This document shows positions 22,256-37,240 of a DNA stretch of 64,000 nt, in pieces. The notes below the pieces were generated by a model. The model was not told the origin of the DNA and did not search any database. It saw only the letters and a list, made by a program, of their open reading frames with translations. Source of the DNA: Dehalococcoidia bacterium (lineage in GTDB: Bacteria; Chloroflexota; Dehalococcoidia; UBA2979); contig CBDBPS010000002.1 in NCBI GenBank assembly GCA_965208885.1, positions 325,200 to 389,199 on the forward strand. The letters run 5' to 3'. How positions within the stretch are numbered: the stretch's first letter is position 1; each line of letters opens with the position of its first letter. The position numbers and the translations under genes are program-made.

Positions 22256-22462
22256 GGAGGAAGCGAGCAGTGTCCGACCTGTCCCACCCCACACCTCGAG
22301 CCTCCAGACCCTCCCGCAGGAGGAAGCGCGAAGCGTACACAACCCCGTCAAGGGCCACCCGGCACAAACGGGCCCGGTGCTACACTGGTCGCGAACCCGG
22401 TGGGGGTATGCCACGGCGGACTCGGGGAGGGCCCCGCCGCCGCATGGGAACGACGGAGCGCG

Positions 22463-24439
<1,977 letters not shown>

Positions 24440-24508
24440 CCAACGTCACGCGCCATCCGGCTCCCTCGCCCGCCTGCGGGCGAGGGTTGGCGTGAGGGTC
24501 CGAGGGTG

Positions 24509-25228
24509 CTACGCGCCTCGCTCGCTCGGCGTGGGCTCCCGAGTGGAGTCCTCGGCAGCTTCTTCGGCGGCACGGGCGCGGCCGTAGGCGCGCGAGTACT
24601 CGCGGCGGAAGACCACGTACAGCGCGACCGCGATGGCCGCGAGGCCGAGCCGGAGCACGGGATGCGACTCCAGCGTGCCGTCCTCGGTCAGGACCGCCTG
24701 GCCGAGCAGCCAGCCGGCGCCCACCCAGCCGGTGTTCGAGATGACCGCGCCCAGGTAGTCGAGGGGCACCCACACGCGCAGCGGCAGCCGCAGTGCGCCC
24801 GCGCCCACCGCACCGATCGCGCGCGTCCACGGACTGAAATGGTAGAAGGGGATCAGCCAGCGCGCGCGCCCCTCCATGACCGAGCGGCCGGCCAGCAGGT
24901 GGGTACCGAAGCGGGACGCCTCGAGCCGTGCGCCACCCCAGCGCCCGATCGCGTACGAGATCGTGTCGCCGGTGATGGTGCCGGCGATCGCCAGCAACCA
25001 GACGACGCCAAGGGACGTGCCCTGCTCGCCCGCAAACGCGCCGCCGAGGAAGATGAGCACCGTGCCCGGGAACACCCACCCAAGCCCGACCGTCGCCTCG
25101 ATCAACGCGGCGAGGTACACCATCGGCGATCCGTAGCGGTCGTAGAGCGCCTTCATCGCGAGGAAGCCCTGGTCGGCGATCCAGTTGAAGAAGTCGTAGG
25201 GAGCGGTGATGACGTCGACGAATTCCAC
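24509..25228 (-). CDS. DedA family membrane protein
   Basis: E...GLG..FPG...GDTISYAIGR.GG pattern. Confidence 0.8.
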   Translation of the reverse strand: MEFVDVITAPYDFFNWIADQGFLAMKALYDRYGSPMVYLAALIEATVGLGWVFPGTVLIFLGGAFAGEQGTSLGVVWLLAIAGTITGDTISYAIGRWGGARLEASRFGTHLLAGRSVMEGRARWLIPFYHFSPWTRAIGAVGAGALRLPLRVWVPLDYLGAVISNTGWVGAGWLLGQAVLTEDGTLESHPVLRLGLAAIAVALYVVFRREYSRAYGRARAAEEAAEDSTREPTPSERGA

Positions 25229-25328
25229 GATCGCCCTTCGGCACTGCGGGGGTGTGCGCGTCTGTTCGTTGACGCTGCGCGACAGCCCCCACTAGGATCG
25301 ATCGGTAGCCCGACTGACGGAAGGCCGT

Positions 25329-25646
25329 ATGTACGCAATCGTCCGCACCGGCGGTAAGCAGTTCCGCGTCTCGGCAGGCGATCACATCGCCGTCGAGCGG
25401 CTCGAAGCCGACGAGGGCGCCGAGGTCACGCTCGACGACGTCCTGCTCGTCGGCGGCGACGACGGCGTCGCGGTCGGCAACCCGACGGTCGAGGGCGCCT
25501 CGGTCGCCGCGCGGGTGGACGAGCACTACCGTGACCGCAAGGTGACGGTCTTCAAGTACAAGAACAAGACGCGGCGACGCGTGCTGCGCGGTCATCGCCA
25601 GCAGCGCACGCGCCTCACCATCACCGGCATCACGTCCGGCAGCTAG
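25329..25646 (+). CDS. rplU: 50S ribosomal protein L21
   Basis: [14 protein letters not shown]...FKYK.K...GHRQ. Confidence 0.97.
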   Translation: MYAIVRTGGKQFRVSAGDHIAVERLEADEGAEVTLDDVLLVGGDDGVAVGNPTVEGASVAARVDEHYRDRKVTVFKYKNKTRRRVLRGHRQQRTRLTITGITSGS

Positions 25647-25663
25647 CGAGCGGGGGCAACGCC

Positions 25664-25936
25664 ATGGCACACAAGAAGTCCGGTGGCTCCAGCCGTAACG
25701 GCCGGGACTCCAACGCCCAGCGGCTCGGCGTGAAGCGCTACGACGGGCAGGTCGTCACGGCCGGCTCGATCATCGTGCGCCAGCGCGGGACCCGCATTCA
25801 CGCGGGCGAGAACGTCGGCGTCGGCCGGGACCACACCCTGTGGGCGCGGGTCGACGGCACCGTGAAGTTCGCCCCGTACGCCAAGAACCGCCGCAAGCAG
25901 GTCTCGATCATCCCGATCGAGGCCGGGACGGTCTGA
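25664..25936 (+). CDS. rpmA: 50S ribosomal protein L27
   Basis: [16 protein letters not shown]. Confidence 0.97.
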   Translation: MAHKKSGGSSRNGRDSNAQRLGVKRYDGQVVTAGSIIVRQRGTRIHAGENVGVGRDHTLWARVDGTVKFAPYAKNRRKQVSIIPIEAGTV

Positions 25937-25949
25937 CGAGGGCCCCTCC

Positions 25950-26216
25950 ATGAAGTCCGAAATCCACCCCGACTACCACCCCGTCGTCTTCGTCGACATC
26001 TCGACGGGTGAGGAGTTCCTCACCCGTTCCACGCTCACCTCCGAGGAGCGCCGCGAGGTCGACGGCGTCGAGGCGTACGTGGTGCGCGTCGAGGTGAGCT
26101 CCAGCTCGCACCCGTACTTCACCGGCGAGCAGCGCATCGTCGACAGCGCCGGCCAGGTCGAGCGCTTCCGACGCCGCTACGCGCAGCACCTCGATGACTC
26201 GGAGGGCGACGACTAG
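25950..26216 (+). CDS. rpmE2: 50S ribosomal protein L31 type B (Zn-free)
   Basis: [13 protein letters not shown]...[13 protein letters not shown]; no cysteines. Confidence 0.93.
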   Translation: MKSEIHPDYHPVVFVDISTGEEFLTRSTLTSEERREVDGVEAYVVRVEVSSSSHPYFTGEQRIVDSAGQVERFRRRYAQHLDDSEGDD

Positions 26217-26286
26217 CCCGCTCCCCGTCTCCAGCGCTCCTGCTCTCTCGACGACACTGACGACACCTCGTCGTACGCTGCGCGCG

Positions 26287-27210
26287 ATGCCCACTGAGCA
26301 GCCCGCAGCGCACCCCGCGTCCAACAGCTTCGGCGGCCAGGCCGTCGTCGAGGGCGTCATGATCCGCGGCCCACGCTCGATCGCCGTCGCTGTGCGCACG
26401 CCGGACGGCGAGATCATGATCCGCACCCGCGGGCTCGGCGGCCGCCTCACCAACCTCGTGCGTCGCATCCCGCTGGTCCGCGGGATGCTCGTGCTGTGGG
26501 AGACGCTCGCGATCGGCATCTGGGCGCTGGCCTGGGCCAGTGCCGTCCACAACGAGGAAGTCGACGAGCATGGCGAGGCCAGGCCGTTCGGCGTCGCCGG
26601 GTGGCTGATGCTGCTCGTCGTGCTGGGGTTCGCCGTGAGCGTGTTCTTCGCGGGGCCAGTGCTGGTCACGGCGTGGCTCAGCGCGCTCCTGCCGGATCTG
26701 CTCGTGATCGGCATCGAGGGCGCCGTGCGTCTCGGGCTGCTGCTCGGCTACATCCGGCTCATCGGGCGCTCGCCCGAGGTGCGTCGCGTGTTCCAGTACC
26801 ACGCCGCCGAGCACAAGGCCGTGCAGGCCCTGGAGCAGGGCCGTGAGCTCTCCGTGCAGGCCGTGCGTCGACTCCCGAAGGAGCACCCGCGCTGCGGCAC
26901 CTCGTTCCTGCTCACCGTCGCGGTCGTCGCCGCGATCGTGTTCATGTTCGCGGGCACCGAGCCCCTGTGGTGGCGGTTCGTCTCGCGCCTCGTGCTGATC
27001 CCGGTGATCACCGCCGTCTCGTACGAGGCGATCCGCTTCGGGGGCCTGCACCTCGGCAACGCGATCGTGCGGACGCTGTTCTCCGCGAATCTCGCGCTCC
27101 AGAAGCTGACGACGAGCGAGCCCGACGACGAGCAGATACAGGTCGCCATCGCCTCACTCAACGCGGCGCTCGAGGTGGAACGCGAGGCCGCCGAGGCCGC
27201 GAGCAGCTAG
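26287..27210 (+). CDS. DUF1385 family membrane protein
   Basis: GGQAVVEGVM, FQYHAAEHK, HPRCGTSF, LQKLTTSEPD. Confidence 0.9.
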   Translation: MPTEQPAAHPASNSFGGQAVVEGVMIRGPRSIAVAVRTPDGEIMIRTRGLGGRLTNLVRRIPLVRGMLVLWETLAIGIWALAWASAVHNEEVDEHGEARPFGVAGWLMLLVVLGFAVSVFFAGPVLVTAWLSALLPDLLVIGIEGAVRLGLLLGYIRLIGRSPEVRRVFQYHAAEHKAVQALEQGRELSVQAVRRLPKEHPRCGTSFLLTVAVVAAIVFMFAGTEPLWWRFVSRLVLIPVITAVSYEAIRFGGLHLGNAIVRTLFSANLALQKLTTSEPDDEQIQVAIASLNAALEVEREAAEAASS

Positions 27211-27902
27211 CTCGAGAGTGTGACGAGCGGGAGCAGCTCGTCGAGCGCACCGACGCTCACGACGTCCAACCCCTCGGAGCGGTCGAAGCGGTCGACGAGC
27301 ACGGCGTGGAGGCCTGCGGCGCGCGCCGGTTCGTAGTCGTTGTCGTAGCGGTCGCCGACCGCGAGCGTGCGAGCGGGGTCGGCGCCGCCCTGCTCCGCGG
27401 CGAGCCGGAAGAAGCCCGGATCGGGCTTCCGCACTCCCACGTCCCGCGAGTACTGCATCGCGCTGAAGTAGCGGTCGAGGCCGACGCGGGCCAGCGGGAA
27501 CGTGCCGTTCGATGCCGTGGTGAGGGTGAAACCTCGATCCCGCAGCTCATCGAGCGTCCCTTCGACCTCCGGGAAGACGACCATCGTCGCGTCGCGGGTG
27601 CGGTAGTAGACCTCCGCCACCTCGTCGACTGTGACACCATCGGGGTTCCCGAACGCCTCGATCACCCGCCGGAACGACTCGCGGCGAATCTCCTGGAGCG
27701 TGCGCTCGTGCCACGCCGGGTCGGCGGCCACGCCGTTCCGCAGCACGCCGAGGTCGTCGACGGTCATCTCGAACCCGTCGGCGCGCTCGGAGAGGTGCGA
27801 GGCGACGGCCTCGAGGCCCGCGAAGATCGCCGCGCGGTAGTCCGTCAGCGTGCCGTCGATGTCGAAGACGATGTGGGAGACCTCGAAGCGCGGACCGCTC
27901 AC
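27207..27902 (-). CDS. HAD family hydrolase
   Basis: FDIDGTL, SNG, KPDP, VGD...D; overlaps hisI. Confidence 0.88.
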   Translation of the reverse strand: MSGPRFEVSHIVFDIDGTLTDYRAAIFAGLEAVASHLSERADGFEMTVDDLGVLRNGVAADPAWHERTLQEIRRESFRRVIEAFGNPDGVTVDEVAEVYYRTRDATMVVFPEVEGTLDELRDRGFTLTTASNGTFPLARVGLDRYFSAMQYSRDVGVRKPDPGFFRLAAEQGGADPARTLAVGDRYDNDYEPARAAGLHAVLVDRFDRSEGLDVVSVGALDELLPLVTLSS

Positions 27903-28255
27903 GCCACCTCCGTCCCGACGCGCCGCGGCTCGGCGCTCTCGGGGTCGAGGAAGCAGGACCGCGCGCCGGTGTGGCAGACGGCGCCGCCGACGAGTTCGAC
28001 CTGCACCAGGAGCACGTCGGCGTCGCAGTCGGTGTGGATGTCGAGGACGTTCACGTAGTCGCCGGAGGTCGCGCCCTTGTGCCAGATCTCCTGGCGGCTG
28101 CGCGACCAGAACACTGCCTGGCTGATCTCCAGCGTCTGCGCCAGCGACTCCTCGTTCATGTAGCCGACCATGAGCACCTCGCCGGTGTCGGCGTGCTGGA
28201 GAACGGCGGGGATGAGGCCCTGCGCGTCGAAGCGCAGCGCGGCGGGGTCGATCAC
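27899..28255 (-). CDS. hisI: Phosphoribosyl-AMP cyclohydrolase
   Basis: [28 protein letters not shown]. Confidence 0.95.
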   Translation of the reverse strand: MIDPAALRFDAQGLIPAVLQHADTGEVLMVGYMNEESLAQTLEISQAVFWSRSRQEIWHKGATSGDYVNVLDIHTDCDADVLLVQVELVGGAVCHTGARSCFLDPESAEPRRVGTEVA

Positions 28256-29064
28256 GATGTGGTCCCTTCGATGCTGGCGCCCTCGTGCGCGGCGTCCAGC
28301 CGCATCGGCACGCCACGGTCGGCGAGGTACTGCTTGAGTGCGGCGATGTCGTACGTGCCGAAGTGGAAGATCGAGGCGGCGAGCACGGCGTCCGCGCCAC
28401 CGGTCGTGAGCGCCTCGTAGAGGTGGTCGGGCGTCCCCGCACCGCCCGAGGCGATGACCGGCGCGGTCGCCGCCTCGCGGATCGCGCGCAGCAGTTCGAG
28501 GTCGTAGCCGGTCTGGTGCCCGTCACGGTCCATCGAGGTGACGAGCAGCTCACCCGCCCCTCGCTCGACGGCCTCGCGCGCCCAGCCGACGGCGTCGATG
28601 CCGGTCGGTGTGCGGCCACCGTGGGTGTAGACCTCCCACCCGGCCGAGGAGTCGTCCGGGTCGCGGCGCTTCGCGTCGACGGCGACGACGATGCACTGCG
28701 AGCCGAAGCCGCGTGCCCCCTCCGTGATCAGCTCGGGCCGCTCGACGGCGGCGGTGTTGATCGACACTTTGTCTGCGCCGTGCTCGAGCATCACGCGCAC
28801 ATCCTCGGGGCTGCGGATGCCGCCGCCCACGGTGAACGGGATAAACACCTGGTCGGCCGTCCTCGCCACCATGTCGTAGACCGTCGGGCGGTTATCCGAG
28901 GAGGCGGTGATGTCGAGGAAGACCAGCTCGTCGGCGCCGCGCTCCTCGTACTGCGAGGCCAGCTCGACGGGGTCGCCGGCGTCGCGGAGCTCGACGAAAG
29001 AGATTCCCTTCACGACACGGCCGTTGTCGACGTCGAAGCAGGGGATGATGCGCTTGGTCAGCAC
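28252..29064 (-). CDS. hisF: Imidazole glycerol phosphate synthase cyclase subunit
   Basis: [30 protein letters not shown]. Confidence 0.96.
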   Translation of the reverse strand: MLTKRIIPCFDVDNGRVVKGISFVELRDAGDPVELASQYEERGADELVFLDITASSDNRPTVYDMVARTADQVFIPFTVGGGIRSPEDVRVMLEHGADKVSINTAAVERPELITEGARGFGSQCIVVAVDAKRRDPDDSSAGWEVYTHGGRTPTGIDAVGWAREAVERGAGELLVTSMDRDGHQTGYDLELLRAIREAATAPVIASGGAGTPDHLYEALTTGGADAVLAASIFHFGTYDIAALKQYLADRGVPMRLDAAHEGASIEGTTS

Positions 29065-29089
29065 GGTGCTCGATGCCTCCTCGGGCCTG

Positions 29090-29803
29090 CTACGCCACTG
29101 CCGCGAGGGCGTCCGGCAGGCGGATGTCCCCGGTGTAGAGCGCGCGGCCGATGATTGCCGCCTCGACGCCGCAGCGCGCCAGTTCGCGCAGGTCGTCGAG
29201 CGCCGACACGCCGCCGGCCGCGATGACGGCCATCGAGGTCTCGTCGACCAGTGACGCGTACGCCTCGAAGTTGGGGGAGCCGCGCACGCCGTCGCGGTCG
29301 ATGTCCGTGTAGACGATGCGCTCGACGCCAATCGACGCGAGCTCACGCACGAACGAGGCTGCCTCCACGTCGCTGCCCTCGGTCCACCCCTCGACGCGCA
29401 CGATCCCGTCGCGCGCGTCGACGGAGACGATGAGCCGCTCGCGCGCGAGCGCGACGGCCTCGCGCAGCAGCTTCGGGTCACGCACGGCCGCGGTGCCGAG
29501 CACGACGCGCGCCGCGCCGAGGTCGAGCGTGGCGCGCAGCGTATCGAGGTCGCGGACGCCGCCGCCGATCTGCACGGCCGCGTCGACACCTTCGACGATC
29601 GCGCGGGTCACGTCGGCGTTCGCCTGCCGGCCCTCGCGCGCGCCGTCGAGGTCGACGACGTGCACGCGGCTCGCGCCCTGCTCGACCCAGCGGGCCGCTG
29701 CGGCGACGGGGTCGTCCTCGAACACGGTCTCGCGGTCGTAGTCACCCTGGTGGAGGCGGACGGCGCGGCCACCGCGCACGTCGACGGCGGGGATGACCTC
29801 CAT
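29090..29803 (-). CDS. hisA: ProFAR isomerase
   Basis: [31 protein letters not shown]. Confidence 0.95.
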   Translation of the reverse strand: MEVIPAVDVRGGRAVRLHQGDYDRETVFEDDPVAAAARWVEQGASRVHVVDLDGAREGRQANADVTRAIVEGVDAAVQIGGGVRDLDTLRATLDLGAARVVLGTAAVRDPKLLREAVALARERLIVSVDARDGIVRVEGWTEGSDVEAASFVRELASIGVERIVYTDIDRDGVRGSPNFEAYASLVDETSMAVIAAGGVSALDDLRELARCGVEAAIIGRALYTGDIRLPDALAAVA

Positions 29804-30468
29804 CACGCGCCCCCTGCGGTCCCCGCCTCGGCGGGTGCGGGCGCGATCGAGCCGGTCTCGAGGGCGAGGCGCAGGAAGTTCGCGTAGAGCCGCAGCCCCG
29901 ATGCACCGGACTTCTCCGGGTGGAACTGCGTCGCGATCAGGTTCCCGCGCCCCACGATCGAGGGGAACACGTCGGCGTACTCGGTCTCGGCGATCACGAG
30001 CGCCGGGTCGTCGGGTTGCGGGTGGTAGGAGTGCACGAAGTAGGCGTAGGTCCCGTCCTCGATGCCTTCGAGGACCGGGTGCGGCCGCACCATGCGCAGC
30101 GTATTCCAGCCCATGTGCGGGATCACGAGGCCGTCCGGGAAGCGCACGATGCGCCCCGGCAGCACGCCGAGGCAGACGTGCTCGCCGCCCTCCTCGGAGA
30201 CGTCGAACAGCGCTTGCATGCCCATGCACACGCCGAGGAACGGCCGGTCGGCGGCGATGTATTCACGCAGTGGGTCGACAAGGTTGGCCGCGCGCAGGTT
30301 CGCCATCGTGTCGGCGGCCGCGCCGACGCCCGGCACGATCAGCGCCTTCGCGCCCTCGATCGCCTCGGGGTCGGAGCGGATCTCGGCGTCGTAGCCGGCG
30401 TGCGCGACGGCGCGCGCGACGCTGCGCAGGTTGCCGGCGCCGTAGTCGATGATCACCGTGTCGGCCAT
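29803..30468 (-). CDS. hisH: Imidazole glycerol phosphate synthase glutaminase subunit
   Basis: DYGAGNLRSV, PGVG, GVCMGMQ, QFHPEKS. Confidence 0.96.
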   Translation of the reverse strand: MADTVIIDYGAGNLRSVARAVAHAGYDAEIRSDPEAIEGAKALIVPGVGAAADTMANLRAANLVDPLREYIAADRPFLGVCMGMQALFDVSEEGGEHVCLGVLPGRIVRFPDGLVIPHMGWNTLRMVRPHPVLEGIEDGTYAYFVHSYHPQPDDPALVIAETEYADVFPSIVGRGNLIATQFHPEKSGASGLRLYANFLRLALETGSIAPAPAEAGTAGGA

Positions 30469-30557
30469 GCCGCCCCCCGTGCGATCGATGGTAGCAAGGG
30501 CCGCCGATACGCTCCGCGCGCGGGCTCGCGAGGGTACTGCGGCGTATAATGGAGTAG

Positions 30558-32609
<2,052 letters not shown>

Positions 32610-32771
32610 GACTCCATGTCGGGAACCCTCGGGGCGTTCCGGCTGCGCTATACTCAGGGTGCGGCGGCGAAGTGCGGGGGCCGGTCTCTCCCCAGCGATG
32701 GAACCCCCTCGTGCCCCGCCGGCGTCCGAACATTTCGGGCCGCGGATGTGGCATGCACGCCCGAAGGGCGG

Positions 32772-33839
32772 ATGATGGCGTTCAATCCCCTCTCGTCATT
32801 CCTCGGCATGTTCTCGCACGACATCGGCATCGATCTCGGGACGGCGAACACGCTGGTGAGCGTGCGCGGGCGCGGCATCGTCATCGACGAGCCGTCCGTG
32901 GTCGCCATCGACACCGTCTCGAAGCGCGTACTCGCCATCGGCAACGAGGCGAAGCTCATGGTGGGCCGCACCCCCTCGACCATCGTCGCGGTACGGCCGC
33001 TCCGAGACGGGGTCATCTCCGACTTCGCCGTCACCGAGCGCATGCTCCAGTACTTCATCCGATCCGTGCACGAGCGCTTCGGCCTCGGCGTGCCCAAGCC
33101 GCGCGTCGTGATCGGTATCCCCTCGGGCGCCACCGAGGTGGAGAAGCGCGCGGTCCACGACGCCGCAGTCGCCGCCGGGGCGCGCTCCTCGTACCTGATC
33201 GAGGAGCCGATGGCCGGCGCGATCGGCGCCGGGCTGCCCGTCATGGACGCGACCGGCACGATGATCGTCGACATCGGTGGTGGCACGACCGAGATCGCGG
33301 TGATCGCCCTCGGCGGCATCGTGGTGTCGAGCTCGTCGCGCGCCGCGGGTGACGCGATGGACCAGGCGCTCATGGTGTACGCGCGCCAGGTCCACAACAT
33401 GCTGATCGGTGAGCGCAGCGCGGAGCACATCAAGATGGAGGCCGGCTCGGCCTACCCCCTCGACGAGGAAGAGACCGTCGAGATGCGTGGCCGCGACCTG
33501 GCGACCGGCCTGCCGAAGGTCGTCGAACTCTCGACGGTCGAGGTCCGGGACTCGCTGCTGCCGGTCACGAACGAGATCGTGCAGGCGGTGCGCTCCGCCA
33601 TCGAGCGGACGCCGCCGGAGCTGGTGGCGGACCTGATGATGCACGGCATCGCGATGGCGGGCGGCGGCGCGTTGCTGCGCGGCCTCGATCGCCGCATCGC
33701 CGCCGAGACTCGCTTCCCCACCTACGTAGCCGATGACCCACTGCGAGCCGTCGTACGCGGCTGTGCAGAGGCCCTCGAGGAGGCCACGACGCTGCAGAAG
33801 GTGCAGGCGGCCGTTGCCATGCGACGCCCACCCCGGTAG
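32772..33839 (+). CDS. mreB: Rod shape-determining protein MreB
   Basis: IGIDLGTANT, VDIGGGTTE, GGGALLRG. Confidence 0.96.
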   Translation: MMAFNPLSSFLGMFSHDIGIDLGTANTLVSVRGRGIVIDEPSVVAIDTVSKRVLAIGNEAKLMVGRTPSTIVAVRPLRDGVISDFAVTERMLQYFIRSVHERFGLGVPKPRVVIGIPSGATEVEKRAVHDAAVAAGARSSYLIEEPMAGAIGAGLPVMDATGTMIVDIGGGTTEIAVIALGGIVVSSSSRAAGDAMDQALMVYARQVHNMLIGERSAEHIKMEAGSAYPLDEEETVEMRGRDLATGLPKVVELSTVEVRDSLLPVTNEIVQAVRSAIERTPPELVADLMMHGIAMAGGGALLRGLDRRIAAETRFPTYVADDPLRAVVRGCAEALEEATTLQKVQAAVAMRRPPR

Positions 33840-33993
33840 TCGCGAGCCTCCGAGCAATCCTCCGCTCGCAAGATTCCTCAGATTTTCACACCGTTGGCGC
33901 GCTTCTGGCTGCGCGAGGGGCCCCACCCGCGCGTTAGACTAGGCATAACGAAGCGCTCAGGCGCATGAACGAATACATCGCCGCGAGGGCACA

Positions 33994-34827
33994 GTGGTCC
34001 GCACGCAACAGGTCGGTTGGTTGATTGCGATGCTGGCGATTGGCCTCGCGCTGCTCGCCGGCTCCGCCCTGCGCAACTTCGGGACCGTCGAGCTGGATGC
34101 GGCGGGCATCATCGGCTCCGCCACCCAGGCCGTCGCAGTCCCCGCCCGCCCGATCGCGGACTTCGCGCACCACGTTGGCCAGACGCAGACCCTGAGCGAG
34201 GAGAACGCCGCACTCCGCCAGCAGATCGCGCGACTGGAGGCGAACCTCGCCGCGCTGCGCGAGCAGCAGATCCGCTCCACGCAGGTCTCCGAGCTGATCG
34301 CCGCCGTCGGCACCGACGCAGCCGACCGCTACGTCTCCGCGTCGGTGCTCTTCCGCGATCCGGCGCCCGCCCGCGAGGCACTGACGATCGACCGCGGCCT
34401 CAGCGACGGTGTGCGCGTGGGGCAGCCCGTCCTCGGGCCGGGCGCGACGCTGGTCGGGCTCGTCTCGGCAGTCGACGACCACCAGTCGCGAGTGCGCCTG
34501 CTCATCGACATCGATTCCGCCATCCCGACGGTTGTGCAGTCCTCCCGCACGCAGGCGGCGCTGACCGCTACGCCCGAGGGGCTCCGGCTGGAGTTCGTGC
34601 CCTCAGAGACGCTCGTCACCATCGGCGACACCGTGCTCAGTTCCGCCCTCGGCGGCGAGCTGCCGGGCGGGCTCCTCGTCGGCCAGGTGAGCGCCTTCGA
34701 GTCCGACCCGCGCGAGCTCTTCGCGTTCGCCACCGTGGAGCCACTGGCGGACTACGCCCGGCTCGAGCAGGTGCTCGTGCTCACCGACTTCCTCCCGTCC
34801 GAACCCGAACAGGCCACGTCACCATGA
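33994..34827 (+). CDS. mreC: Rod shape-determining protein MreC
   Basis: TM, coiled coil, IDRG..DGV..G.PV, GD...SS.LGG..P.G; position after mreB. Confidence 0.88.
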   Translation: MVRTQQVGWLIAMLAIGLALLAGSALRNFGTVELDAAGIIGSATQAVAVPARPIADFAHHVGQTQTLSEENAALRQQIARLEANLAALREQQIRSTQVSELIAAVGTDAADRYVSASVLFRDPAPAREALTIDRGLSDGVRVGQPVLGPGATLVGLVSAVDDHQSRVRLLIDIDSAIPTVVQSSRTQAALTATPEGLRLEFVPSETLVTIGDTVLSSALGGELPGGLLVGQVSAFESDPRELFAFATVEPLADYARLEQVLVLTDFLPSEPEQATSP

Positions 34828-35315
34828 GCGCGCTGGTGGGCTTCGTCGTGGGTGTGGGCCTGGGGCTGGTGCAACTCGGTGCCGCCCCGGTGCTGTTCGG
34901 CGAACCACGTGCCGCGCCGCTCATCCCCATCGCCGTGCTCGCGGGGTGGAGCGCGACACGCGGCTTCGGCGGTGTCGCGGCGGCCCTGCTGGGTGCGGCG
35001 CTCGTACTCGGCGTGGCCTCCGAGGATCGAGTCGGCTGGTTCGTCCTCGCGATGGTTCCGGCCGCCGCCCTGCTCGCGGCGGCCGACCTGGTGCCGCCTC
35101 GGCGGCGGATCCTGCTGGCGCCGGCCGCGGCCAGCCTGGGCGCCGGCGCGTATACCGCACTGCTGTACGCCACCGGGGGGCGATTCGAGCTGCTGAGCGT
35201 GCACGCTGAGCCCGCGATCGGGCTCGTGCTGTGGACGGGCGCGCTCGCTGCCGCGTGCGCGGTCCTTGCATGGCCGTTGAGGCCGCGCCAGCCGCAGACG
35301 GGCCTGTTCCCGTGA
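34824..35315 (+). CDS. mreD: MreD-like membrane protein
   Basis: Multi-pass hydrophobic ORF translationally coupled between mreC and mrdA; called mainly from synteny. Confidence 0.65.
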   Translation: MSALVGFVVGVGLGLVQLGAAPVLFGEPRAAPLIPIAVLAGWSATRGFGGVAAALLGAALVLGVASEDRVGWFVLAMVPAAALLAAADLVPPRRRILLAPAAASLGAGAYTALLYATGGRFELLSVHAEPAIGLVLWTGALAAACAVLAWPLRPRQPQTGLFP

Positions 35316-37240
35316 GCGACGGCCGGCTGTGGGCGCTCCAACTCACCGTCGTCGTGGCGCTCGCCGCGCTCGCGGTGCAGCTCGTCCGCATGCAGCTCGT
35401 CGAGCTCCCCATCCCGCCCGAGGGCTCAGACGCGCTCAGCGTCCGCGACATCCCGCTGGAGGCGCCACGCGGCCTCGTGCTCGACCGCGACGGCGAGGTC
35501 CTCGCCCGCAACGTCCCGCTGTTCACCGTTGCCGTGGTGCCGGGCGAACTCCCGCGCGAGGGCGCTGCACGGCACGCGGCGCTCATGGCAGTCGAGGAGC
35601 ACACCGGCGTCCCGCTGCGCACGCTTGAGCGCGCGATCAGCACGGGCCTCGCGACGATCGACCCGCTGGTACCGGTCGAAGTCCACCACGGTTTCGACCT
35701 GCAGGAGGCGATCGCGCTGCGGGCCTCCCTCGCTGGGACCCCGGGCGTGCTCGTGCAGACACGCGCGATGCGGCGCTACTCGGGCGGGGCCCTGCTGGGG
35801 CACGTGCTCGGGCACGTCGGGCCAATTCCGGCGGAGAGTGCCGAGGACTACCTCGGCGAGGGGTACCGGCTCGACGAACGCGTCGGCCAGTCCGGCGTCG
35901 AGGCGGTGTACGAGGCCGAGCTGCGCGGCGAACTCGGCCGGCGCGTGATCCTCGCCGACCCGACCGGGCGCGAGGTCGAACAGCTGACGCAGGTCGACCC
36001 GATCGCCGGCGCCGACCTCGTGCTCAGCATCGACCTCGACCTCCAACGGGCCACCGCTGAGGCGCTCGAGCGGGGGCTCGACGCGGGCATGGAGGAGGCG
36101 CTCAGCCGGGAGGTCCGCCACGACCAGCCCCTCGATCGCATCGGCGCGGCGGTGGTGATGGACGTGCGCACGGGCGAGCTGCTCGCGCTCGTCTCCTCGC
36201 CGTCGTACGACGCCAACGCGTTCTCCGGCCTCGATGGGGGTGTCGACGCTGTCGCGCTGCTGACCGGCGAGGAGCGCCCGTTGGTACATCGCGCCTACCA
36301 GGAAGTGCGCTCGCCGGGGTCGATCTTCAAGCCGCTGGTGGGCGCGGCTGCCCTGCAGGAGGGCATTGCGACGCCATCGACGAAGATCCGCAGCACCGGC
36401 GCGATCACCGTCCAGAGCATCTACGACCCGAGCGTGACGTACACGTTCCGTGACTGGACCGCGCACGGTGTGCTCGACTTCTACGGCGGCCTCGTCCGCT
36501 CCTCGGACGTCTACTACTACTACCTGGCCGGCGGATACGAGGGGCCGGACGGGAGCTCCTTCGAGGGGCTCGGCGTGGAGCGCATCGCCCAGTACGTGCG
36601 GCAGTTCGGGCTCGGCGGGCCCACGGGGCTGGACCTCCCAGGTGAGGCCGGCGGCCTCGTGCCGGACAGCGAGTGGAAGGAAGACACGTACGGCGAGCCG
36701 TGGGTGCTGGGCGACACGTACACCCTCGGTATCGGCCAGGGCTACCTGACGGTCACGCCGCTGCAGATGGTGGTCGCCACCGCAGCCATCGCCAACGGGG
36801 GCGATGTGCTCGTCCCGCGAGTCGCGCGCGGATTCCGCGTGGGCGATGACATCGAGTTTCTGCCGCGCCACCTCGCGGGATCCCTCCCGATCGAGCCGGA
36901 GCACCTCGACGTGGTACGTGAGGCGTTGAAGCAGACAGCCGACGGGCCGCTCGGCACCGCGAGGCGCGGCGAGCCCGAGGGCATCACCATTGGCGGAAAG
37001 ACGGGCACCGCGGAGTTCGGGCCACAACACCCCGACGCCGAGTACGACACGCACGGCTGGTTCATCGCCTTCGCACCGTACGAGGAGCCGGAGGTCGCGG
37101 TGGTGGTCTACCTGAACCACGGCTCGGGCGCGATCCACGCCGCGCCGGTAGCGCACGACATCTTCGAGGCGTATTTCAACGGGTCGACGGCACAAGTCGG
37201 CTCCCTGTCAGCACCGGGGGCCGAGGGGGACGCCCAATGA
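35312..37240 (+). CDS. mrdA: Penicillin-binding protein 2
   Basis: APRG...DR.G, SIFK, SSD, KTG motifs. Confidence 0.92.
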   Translation: MSDGRLWALQLTVVVALAALAVQLVRMQLVELPIPPEGSDALSVRDIPLEAPRGLVLDRDGEVLARNVPLFTVAVVPGELPREGAARHAALMAVEEHTGVPLRTLERAISTGLATIDPLVPVEVHHGFDLQEAIALRASLAGTPGVLVQTRAMRRYSGGALLGHVLGHVGPIPAESAEDYLGEGYRLDERVGQSGVEAVYEAELRGELGRRVILADPTGREVEQLTQVDPIAGADLVLSIDLDLQRATAEALERGLDAGMEEALSREVRHDQPLDRIGAAVVMDVRTGELLALVSSPSYDANAFSGLDGGVDAVALLTGEERPLVHRAYQEVRSPGSIFKPLVGAAALQEGIATPSTKIRSTGAITVQSIYDPSVTYTFRDWTAHGVLDFYGGLVRSSDVYYYYLAGGYEGPDGSSFEGLGVERIAQYVRQFGLGGPTGLDLPGEAGGLVPDSEWKEDTYGEPWVLGDTYTLGIGQGYLTVTPLQMVVATAAIANGGDVLVPRVARGFRVGDDIEFLPRHLAGSLPIEPEHLDVVREALKQTADGPLGTARRGEPEGITIGGKTGTAEFGPQHPDAEYDTHGWFIAFAPYEEPEVAVVVYLNHGSGAIHAAPVAHDIFEAYFNGSTAQVGSLSAPGAEGDAQ